Shown: positions 57,295 to 64,000 of the stretch, piece after piece
How the letters are laid out: each line of letters starts with the position of its first letter
How positions within the stretch are numbered: position 1 is the first letter of the stretch
Virus record (IMG/VR): IMGVR_UViG_3300045988_184160
Location: 32,001 to 96,000 of that record
From: a virus
Length of the DNA stretch: 64,000 bases
Direction: 5' to 3' (one strand)
Made by a program: the position numbers and the translations under genes
The notes under the pieces: generated by a model
What the model was told of the DNA's origin: nothing
Database searches by the model: none
What the model saw: the letters and a program-made list of their open reading frames with translations, nothing else

Positions 57295-57777
57295 ATGTAC
57301 GACGAAGAAGAAAACGAAGAAACGGGTAACAGCAACCCATCACCATTCGACCGTCATAGACGAGGAATACGACCCAGGCCCGACGACAGAGAAGAATCCC
57401 CCTTCAGCAGGGGGCGGACCTCCCGAGGGCGACCACAACCCTGGGGCGACGATGAAGACACCGACTTCCCACCAAGGCACAGGGGAATGCAGAGAGGAAG
57501 ACCAGGGCGAAACCCCTACGAAGAACGTGAGGAATACGACCCCAGAAGCCGATTCCAAAATAATCGTGGATTCAACCCGCGACACGACCCAGACCCAAGA
57601 AACCCCTGGGAAAGCGCACAGGAAGAAGACCCCGCCAGTGAAGAAACAGACATTAGGGAAAACACGGTAGTCCCAATGTCAAAACCGAACAACACAAAAG
57701 AAGTAGAGCAAAAAGAAATGAAAAAATCAATCGGGTTATACGCAAAACTAGTGCGCATCCTCGGTGGGGAAATGTGA
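57295..57777 (+). CDS. R/D/E/P-rich, probably intrinsically disordered protein with a short hydrophobic C-terminal helix
   Basis: 160 aa, GGAGG at 57277-57281. Composition RHRRGIRPRPDDREESPFSRGRTSRGRPQPWGDDEDTDFPPRHRG... ending IGLYAKLVRILGGEM. Confidence 0.45.
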   Translation: MYDEEENEETGNSNPSPFDRHRRGIRPRPDDREESPFSRGRTSRGRPQPWGDDEDTDFPPRHRGMQRGRPGRNPYEEREEYDPRSRFQNNRGFNPRHDPDPRNPWESAQEEDPASEETDIRENTVVPMSKPNNTKEVEQKEMKKSIGLYAKLVRILGGEM

Positions 57778-57846
57778 AACCCATCCCCAAAAAATAATAT
57801 AAGATAAAACAAGAACACAGCATAAAGCCCCTCGGAAGAAAACCGA

Positions 57847-59175
57847 ATGTACACACTCTTACCAGAAAAACAGCACAACAGGCTTCAACAGATCGAGCAA
57901 GAATACGAAGCGGGTAGATTACACAGGTACCCGCCGCACATTATCGAGAAAATACGGAAAACATATCTCGACAAATGCGACAAACATATTCGCTCACTCA
58001 CCACACCAACCCTAGTAGCGGATATAAACATACTGCAGAAAGTATCTGACGAAGCCACAGCTGTTGTGAAGCGGCTACAAGGGCACCTGCCTGAGGGGTT
58101 CACCCCGTTCCCCCAGAACGGTGGGGCGCTCCGAGTATCATTCTGGGCAAGTAAAGACGGTAAAGAAATCAGGTGGCGTGTCAGACCAAACTCCAAGACA
58201 GGGCTAAAAACCCAAGGCGCACAACTGAACACAGACCTGTGCGTCAAAACAGGTAAAGGCAAAGTCGCCTCAAAGAAAATATGGGGAGAAGCACTCAGAG
58301 CCGCCGCCACCCAACTATGGGAGCTGTCAATCGGGCAGTTCGCGGCACACAACTGTGCGGCAGTGAACCAGCTACTCACGGAAGCCACCACGCGGGCTGG
58401 TGCACCATACACTCTTTCAGTGGTGCCAGAAATTTTCGCTACACCCAAAAACGTGGGGTTGTTCGAAGACATCTCAATGAGCGGTGTGGTGATCGCGGTC
58501 AGCAACCAGAAAATCCTGTCCCTCCCTGCAGAATACGACGCTCAGAACGTGGAGAGTCTGAGAGAGGGCGTGGATATCCTAGAGGACGCTATCAGGGATA
58601 TAAAGCGTCAAGAAGGTAAAGCCCCAGAGGTGCGGGTGCGGCAGCTGACTATCAAGAAGAACATGTTGAAAGCGCACCTGAAAACCCTAGCTGGTGATGT
58701 TGCTTCCACTGAGTCTGCTGCGGAAGCTCGGGAGGAACTAGTGTCCGCATACGTGGACATTCTCAAGAAAACTCCCTCCCCCATATCGCTCATCAACACG
58801 CGGGGAGAAACACGCAAAAAACTTGTTGCCCTCACCGACCTGCCAGAGGATCATGTTCGGCAAGCAAGGACACTATTAGCGGACTCCACAGACAAGACCA
58901 TCAAAGCAGTGTACCAGTCCACGAAACCACCCATCCGTTCAGTCCTCGTGGAAGGAACCACCAGTGCTGGCGAACCGTGGATCGGGTCTGTGGGATACAC
59001 GGAGACAGACGGTGTGTGTGGTTTTGAAGAGAGAATCCCCGCAGTACACAAGAACCTGTGGGTCCGGCTCCCCGAAATTGATGTGGTTGCGGAAGCCCAG
59101 AAAATCTGGGAGGCAAGCGAGAACCGTAGTGAAGAGGCCCGTAAACGTTTCGGGTATGAGACGCAGGGAAAGTAG
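57847..59175 (+). CDS. hypothetical protein (442 aa)
   Basis: Long ORF with ATG start. No family recognised. Confidence 0.55.
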   Translation: MYTLLPEKQHNRLQQIEQEYEAGRLHRYPPHIIEKIRKTYLDKCDKHIRSLTTPTLVADINILQKVSDEATAVVKRLQGHLPEGFTPFPQNGGALRVSFWASKDGKEIRWRVRPNSKTGLKTQGAQLNTDLCVKTGKGKVASKKIWGEALRAAATQLWELSIGQFAAHNCAAVNQLLTEATTRAGAPYTLSVVPEIFATPKNVGLFEDISMSGVVIAVSNQKILSLPAEYDAQNVESLREGVDILEDAIRDIKRQEGKAPEVRVRQLTIKKNMLKAHLKTLAGDVASTESAAEAREELVSAYVDILKKTPSPISLINTRGETRKKLVALTDLPEDHVRQARTLLADSTDKTIKAVYQSTKPPIRSVLVEGTTSAGEPWIGSVGYTETDGVCGFEERIPAVHKNLWVRLPEIDVVAEAQKIWEASENRSEEARKRFGYETQGK

Positions 59176-59182
59176 GTAGGAC

Positions 59183-60031
59183 ATGGCTGGTTTTGGTTTA
59201 GGAACAGGAAGCAGTGACAGCAGCTCGGGTGGTGAGAACAGGGGTGTGCCCTCCCGTCCCCTGCCGAAGCCTGTTGGGCAAGAAGAGATCCGTGACGGGG
59301 TGACACTACCGATGGGTGAGGTCATGCCTGACTATAAGCACGGTGATGACGGCTACACGTCCTGGGGTAGTGAATGGGGGGAGCCTCACGAAAATGTTGT
59401 GCCTGATGAGGATGAAGAAGAAAACCTTTTCACGCGCAGAAAAAAGAAGGAACGCAGCCCTGACGGTGAACCAGTTGAGAGTGGAGTGAAAAAAGCATGG
59501 GCGAAGATCGTCCGTAACAGCCTTGGGAAGCTTTTAGCGCTCGGGTGTCTCCTCGCTGCTGTAATTCTTCTCGTGCTTGTTGTGGTTTCCAATAACCAGA
59601 ACCACGACTCCGCTACACCAACACCAGAAACTAAAACCTCCACATCCTCCGCAGACACCAACACCGAAACCAGTGCCGAAGAAACCCAGAAACCCAGCGG
59701 AGACAGCAACCACGACTGGCAAAAAATAGACCCGCCCGAAGTGAAAGACACCTACAAGGCGCGCGGCATGGTTGAAGAACGAGAAGTATACAAGGACCCT
59801 AACACCCAGACCGTCGTATACGCCCTCAAAATGTCCCTCGTGAAAGAAGGCGACTCAAGCAACGCCCTCACCACACGGTTCTACACCACCAAAAGCGGGT
59901 GGGACGAAGCGGTAGTGGGGAACCTCTACTCGGTTACCTACAGTGGTGACGACAAAGGGAACCTTGTGATCGTTTCCATCGACAAATACAAGGCACCAGC
60001 TAAGAACAGCGGGAAGGAGGAGAAACACTAG
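59183..60031 (+). CDS. single-pass membrane protein, function unknown
   Basis: 282 aa. TM segment LLALGCLLAAVILLVLVVVS, then a T/S/E-rich linker and a C-terminal globular part. Confidence 0.55.
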   Translation: MAGFGLGTGSSDSSSGGENRGVPSRPLPKPVGQEEIRDGVTLPMGEVMPDYKHGDDGYTSWGSEWGEPHENVVPDEDEEENLFTRRKKKERSPDGEPVESGVKKAWAKIVRNSLGKLLALGCLLAAVILLVLVVVSNNQNHDSATPTPETKTSTSSADTNTETSAEETQKPSGDSNHDWQKIDPPEVKDTYKARGMVEEREVYKDPNTQTVVYALKMSLVKEGDSSNALTTRFYTTKSGWDEAVVGNLYSVTYSGDDKGNLVIVSIDKYKAPAKNSGKEEKH

Positions 60032-61020
60032 TGGGTGAGTACTCAGAGATAGTTGACGAAAACATTGACCTGCAACCCACAGCAGGCAGTGAGGACGCGC
60101 CACCAAGTAAGACAAGAATAAAATCTTGCATCCTCCCACCAGAGGAAGAAGTGCACCTCACTGAGCACCCCTACAATCAGCTCGCAGTGCAGGAGCTCTA
60201 CACCACTGTTGTCCTCCCAGGTATCCATGATAGGATGCGCGGCGCTAAATCAGGTGACCTTGCGCTTGTCCGCATGAAAAACGTGTCAGATGAGCCTATT
60301 ACCGTGCTTAACCCCAAGAACTATGTGGAGGGTGAGAAAGCTTCAACTCTCGGGAAATGGGAGCTGCAGGAGGTGATGCGTGAACTCGTGGGGGAGGAGG
60401 ATGCACAGAAAATCTCGTCGCTGCGGGTGTTGCGGGACTCGAAAACCCGTGTCCATGAGGTGGTGGAACCAGGGGCGGAAGTTGTCATGTCCAAATTCGC
60501 TATGGCCGTGTCCCTGTTCGTCTACTCTCGGATGACCGCAACCTACGGTGGGCATATTGCGGCAGACAACCGTAGCACGTTAGCGGAAGGGTCACGGTTC
60601 TGCGTGAAATTCACCCAGTCAGGTGCCGCTAAACCCAACAAGCGTGAAGAGGATGCCCCGAACTTCCTGAACAGCAGCATCGACTCGTCTGCTTTCTGGG
60701 TGGGGCGGTCAATGGGGCAAAGGTATAAGACGATTCATAACGGGGGGATGGTGGATGTGTCACTCAACGCTAAAGACCACTCACTGGAAATGACGTGGCT
60801 AGCGTTCAACGCCTCACCAGATACCCCGTACAAGTACACGCGGCATAAAGAGAACGTGAAATGGGTGGATGTGGCTTACGACTACGGGCTTGTTGATCGT
60901 TTCACTCACTTCTACGCTGGGGCGGGTGCGGCAGTGAAAAAAACTGTGCAACATACACGCACCTCCGTGATGGAAACAAAAGTGCACCCCGACTACTGGG
61001 GGCTAAGTGACGCCTTCTAA
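60031..61020 (+). CDS. hypothetical protein (329 aa)
   Basis: GTG overlaps the upstream stop (TAGTG). GGAGGAG RBS. Confidence 0.55.
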   Translation: MGEYSEIVDENIDLQPTAGSEDAPPSKTRIKSCILPPEEEVHLTEHPYNQLAVQELYTTVVLPGIHDRMRGAKSGDLALVRMKNVSDEPITVLNPKNYVEGEKASTLGKWELQEVMRELVGEEDAQKISSLRVLRDSKTRVHEVVEPGAEVVMSKFAMAVSLFVYSRMTATYGGHIAADNRSTLAEGSRFCVKFTQSGAAKPNKREEDAPNFLNSSIDSSAFWVGRSMGQRYKTIHNGGMVDVSLNAKDHSLEMTWLAFNASPDTPYKYTRHKENVKWVDVAYDYGLVDRFTHFYAGAGAAVKKTVQHTRTSVMETKVHPDYWGLSDAF

Positions 61021-61088
61021 GAGGAAACCCTAATGGGGGCTGTTATGAACACAAATATTCGTCATATGAATGTGGTGGAGGGGAATCT

Positions 61089-62036
61089 ATGGAACCACAA
61101 ACAAAAACCGTTCCTTCTAACTCAGGTAAACGCCTGATACCTAAAATCAGTGCCGCTGGTGCTGGTGTAGCCCTAGTCCTCGGCGGGCTCATGGGGTCTG
61201 GGGTGGTCACCCCCGTTGTCTCACCTGACGGTGGCGGGGTCACTATCGGGCAGTCCGCTCACGCCGCAACGAACACTGACCCACTGGGTGGGTCTTCACG
61301 GCAGAAACCGTCCCCGAGCGAATCCAGTAAAACCAGCACCCCTAAAGATGACGAATCATCATCCGATGAGGGGCGTATTGACGTTGGTACAGCTGAATCT
61401 AGGAAGACTAAGAGTAGTAAGGATTTGAACGGGGCGACCCCCACTGTTGACCTGAATAAGGCTAAGCACACCACCTTGGGGCATATCCTCACAGATATTT
61501 TCAACTTTCTTGCCCCGTTAATGATCCTCTACATCCTTATCAGGTTGCCCCTGCAGATACTAGCTGACCTGATATACATACTGTTCCCTGATACTAGGCC
61601 GACACTGGCTGACCCGAACGAGGATGGGCAGGGCGCGAACCTCGCAAACGCTGGTCCTTCGTCAAGGAAACGCGCGTTCCTTGACCGGCAGTGGGTTAGT
61701 GACACCGCTGTTGACCTAGTGAAGAAATTCGGTGGCTCAACTCAGGCACTCAACCAGATGGGTGGTGGCGGACGCGGCTACGGCATGGGTAACCGAGGAG
61801 CCTTCGGTGGCTCATTCGGTGGGCAAAGCTATTCACAAGCCGCTCAACCTGACTACACGGCTGACGATAACGGCTCAGTTTCGATCCTCAAGGAATACAT
61901 CAAACGCATGACTGTTGTTTGCATCATGGTTGGTGCTTTCCTTGTTGTCCTGTCAAGCGCTGTGATTTTCAAGTTCGGGTACTACCTTGGTGATTTCATC
62001 GTCTTCGGATTCGGGAAGATCACTAATTCTTTCTAG
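61089..62036 (+). CDS. secreted/polytopic membrane protein, function unknown
   Basis: 315 aa. Signal-like ISAAGAGVALVLGGLMGSGVV...SAHA. S/T/K-rich spacer. Hydrophobic segments LAPLMILYILIRLPLQILADLIYILF and VVCIMVGAFLVVLSSAVIF. Gly-rich GGGRGYGMGNRGAFGGSFGG. Confidence 0.55.
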   Translation: MEPQTKTVPSNSGKRLIPKISAAGAGVALVLGGLMGSGVVTPVVSPDGGGVTIGQSAHAATNTDPLGGSSRQKPSPSESSKTSTPKDDESSSDEGRIDVGTAESRKTKSSKDLNGATPTVDLNKAKHTTLGHILTDIFNFLAPLMILYILIRLPLQILADLIYILFPDTRPTLADPNEDGQGANLANAGPSSRKRAFLDRQWVSDTAVDLVKKFGGSTQALNQMGGGGRGYGMGNRGAFGGSFGGQSYSQAAQPDYTADDNGSVSILKEYIKRMTVVCIMVGAFLVVLSSAVIFKFGYYLGDFIVFGFGKITNSF

Positions 62037-62072
62037 GGATAAACCGGTAACACTCAACTTAAGTAATTAACT

Positions 62073-62109
62073 GGGTTGGGCAGGTGAAAAAAGAGAACCT
62101 GCCCAACCC
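62073..62109 (+). terminator. perfect 13-bp stem-loop without a U-tract (terminator candidate)
   Basis: GGGTTGGGCAGGT (62073-62085) / ACCTGCCCAACCC (62097-62109), 11-nt loop, no T-run after it. Confidence 0.45.
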
Positions 62110-62159
62110 GCACCCAAAAATAAAATACGCAACATCACAAGAAAAGAGAAGAGGTGGAC

Positions 62160-62534
62160 ATGAGTAGCAATAAAAACAAAATCCCGTCATTTAAAGAATT
62201 TTTCAGACTCGTATCAGGCAGAGGTAAACAGCAGGCGGCACAAGGTGACCGCACACAGGGGCGGATCACTGAAATGGCGTCAACAGGGGTGAAATACCTA
62301 GACCAGGCATTCCGTGAAGCAGAGGAAAACAATCAAGAAGCACACAGGGTCTTCTTCCAATATGACCCGCAGGACATGCATCTTGCCACGGAAATAAACG
62401 CGAAAATTGAGGAGTTCTCTGAGGGTAAGTACGAAATAACCCGAGAAAACCTTGACGAACTCAACAACATACCAGGCGTCTACTCGGCGACGAAACGTAA
62501 AGGAATGGCAAGCAGAAGACGGAAAATCAGGTAG
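62160..62534 (+). CDS. hypothetical protein (124 aa)
   Basis: I prefer the ATG at 62160 (GAAGAGG 7-8 nt upstream) to the GTG at 62154. Confidence 0.45.
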   Translation: MSSNKNKIPSFKEFFRLVSGRGKQQAAQGDRTQGRITEMASTGVKYLDQAFREAEENNQEAHRVFFQYDPQDMHLATEINAKIEEFSEGKYEITRENLDELNNIPGVYSATKRKGMASRRRKIR

Positions 62535-62542
62535 GCACCAGA

Positions 62543-63094
62543 ATGAAAGTAAAACCAGGAAAACCACAAAAAACCGCCCGTGTGGGCAGAACCATAGCGC
62601 CCACACGACAAGACACGCGCCTCAGTCAAAGTGACTATGTGCAGTACCTCTCACAGAAACTAGGTATCCACAAGACACGTGTCAAAAACATACTTGACAG
62701 CTACCATGCCGTAGCCATGCGGGATATCCAAGAATACCAACAAGTGTACGTCTACAAAGACATCCTAGCCACCAACAAAAACGCCAACCCAGACAACAGT
62801 GGTGTGCTCAGCAGAACCTTCGCAGCGCAATGCGGTGACGCAGCCGCTAAGGCAGGCGTACTCGGGTCTGAAGCTAACCGTGTCGTCTCAGCCTACGTGG
62901 AAACCATCACTAAACAAGCATCCAGTGAGACAGGTGCGTGCGTTTTCAAAACATTCAACCTCAAAAAACAAGGGGGACAATACAGCATCAGCAAAACACC
63001 GCATATTGACCTCCCCAACAAAGGCAACGGAGTGGTGTTCTCCGCGAAAACCCTCAACAGCCGCGCAAGACACACAGGTCAGGGCAAGAGGTAG
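62543..63094 (+). CDS. possible DNABII (HU/IHF-like) DNA-binding protein with two HU-like helical segments
   Basis: 183 aa. DYVQYLSQKLGIHKTRVKNILDSYHAVAMRDI and LGSEANRVVSAYVETITKQASSETGACVFKTFNLK both follow the HU pattern (L-S-x3-A/V-x3-V/L-x-A/S-F/Y-V/x-E/x-T/x-I...G...V...F). Similarity is judged by eye only. Confidence 0.35.
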   Translation: MKVKPGKPQKTARVGRTIAPTRQDTRLSQSDYVQYLSQKLGIHKTRVKNILDSYHAVAMRDIQEYQQVYVYKDILATNKNANPDNSGVLSRTFAAQCGDAAAKAGVLGSEANRVVSAYVETITKQASSETGACVFKTFNLKKQGGQYSISKTPHIDLPNKGNGVVFSAKTLNSRARHTGQGKR

Positions 63095-63097
63095 GCT

Positions 63098-63919
63098 GTG
63101 GAAGGGAAAACTCACGTCATCGGCGGTATCAGTGCCGCACTCACAGGCACCCTGCTCTCCCAGAACGGTGTGACCGTCACACCACTGTGGGGTGGTGAAG
63201 GCATGTCACACACACTTACCGCTTTCGAGTACACGACAGCCTGCTTCACGGTGCTCGTATCAACCTACGTTTTCTCGATGGTGGGCGCAAAAATCCCAGA
63301 CCAAGACCATAACGCGCGGGCGATGCCGTACAGGGACCCGTTGGGGAAGCTCGTGTGGAGAGCCCTTCACCCTGGGAGCATGATACCCGCGCTCAAGAGG
63401 TTTGATGCGAAACACCGGTCATGGCAGACCCACAGCGACCTCACCCTGCTCGTGCTACTGGGGGCGAACATTGCGTTGTATTCGGGTCTGCTGCCGATAC
63501 CCGCGAACTCCCCCATTGGTGGGATATGGTCAATTATTTTCCTTGGGTTATCGCTCGGGGTTTTCTCACACTTGTTCCTTGACGCTATCACCAAGGAAGG
63601 TGTGTGGCTGGTGGTTTTCGGTGTTATCCCAAACAAGATATTCAGGGCGCGGGTGTTTCCTGAAAAGTTTCGGCTTGTCCCTAAAAGATCGAAATACTTC
63701 AAAACCGGTTCAGGGAAGAAAACCAGTAACGGTGTGGAAGGTAAAGACCATAAAGGCAGGACATGGGAAGACCTTGTTAACTCCCGCCTGTCGTTCTACA
63801 ACAACCTTGTGCTTGCCCTCATCATCTGCTCATGGGCTGTTTACCTGCTCACAGGGGAGAACCTGATTAACGGGGTCACAAAAATTTTGGCAGTAATGCG
63901 GGGGGAGGCTGTTCTATGA
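63098..63919 (+). CDS. YdjM/DUF457-like membrane-bound metal-dependent hydrolase
   Basis: 273 aa, GTG start. N-terminal GKTHVIGGISAAL, DQDH, HRSWQTHS and SHLFLDAITKEGV elements. Multiple TM segments. Confidence 0.6.
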   Translation: MEGKTHVIGGISAALTGTLLSQNGVTVTPLWGGEGMSHTLTAFEYTTACFTVLVSTYVFSMVGAKIPDQDHNARAMPYRDPLGKLVWRALHPGSMIPALKRFDAKHRSWQTHSDLTLLVLLGANIALYSGLLPIPANSPIGGIWSIIFLGLSLGVFSHLFLDAITKEGVWLVVFGVIPNKIFRARVFPEKFRLVPKRSKYFKTGSGKKTSNGVEGKDHKGRTWEDLVNSRLSFYNNLVLALIICSWAVYLLTGENLINGVTKILAVMRGEAVL

Positions 63920-64000
63920 GGTGCGTGAATTTCGCGCGACCACCCTAAGGGGAAAAGTTTAAGAGTTAAGTAAATAGTATCCGTGGTATAAGGCGCGGGT

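Noticed and set aside
1-64000. tRNA, rRNA or tmRNA genes
   Set aside because: A scan of intergenic regions for T-loop-like GGTTCGA/GGTTCAA contexts and cloverleaf-sized gaps found nothing. The only such strings (about 22841, 26895 and 27520) lie inside long ORFs. A dedicated tRNA search should confirm this.

Overview
This window reads as one contiguous piece of a large mobile replicon: a megaplasmid, a phage-plasmid or a jumbo-phage-like element. About 55 of the roughly 57 coding regions are on the + strand. They sit in at least 13 units separated by clear stem-loop terminators.

A likely Actinomycetota-type host is inference only. It rests on the SSB C-terminal tip EEEPPF, frequent GTG/TTG starts, Tat-type signal peptides and a Hanks kinase/FHA/PP2C trio.

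Recognisable content:
- a ParB-like + HNH fusion protein
- a Tat-signal papain-fold (CHAP-like) peptidase
- an IS607-family insertion on the - strand: an intact serine-recombinase tnpA, and a tnpB broken by a 40-nt quasi-palindromic duplication
- a Rad50/SbcC-like ATPase encoded as separate N- and C-terminal halves, with an Mre11/SbcD-type phosphoesterase gene between them
- a 1517-aa protein with an FtsK/T4CP-like P-loop
- a UvrD-like SF1 helicase and a DHH/DHHA1 phosphoesterase
- a ParM-like actin and an RHH protein
- a terminator-bounded operon of FHA, PP2C phosphatase, Hanks Ser/Thr kinase, a small TM protein and a 1630-aa Ig-repeat surface protein
- a probable replication origin: two wHTH proteins, three perfect 23-bp iterons and an AT-rich stretch of about 280 bp
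- dUTPase, SSB, an NrdH-like redoxin, a possible DNABII (HU-like) protein and a YdjM-like membrane hydrolase

About half the ORFs have no function I can recognise by eye, including a 12.5-kb block at 50071-62534. I saw no tRNA, rRNA, CRISPR array, capsid/portal/terminase, VirB4 or relaxase.

The observations I rate highest:
1. The coding strand alternates between A+C-rich and G+T-rich patches inside single ORFs, often resetting at unit starts.
2. The FHA/PP2C/kinase/giant-surface-protein operon.
3. The Rad50-like gene is split right after its CxxC hook.
4. Eight TGATGTCAT boxes lie at about 21-bp phasing upstream of the helicase.
5. The palindromic lesion in tnpB.

All functional calls come from motifs read by eye. 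No database search was run.
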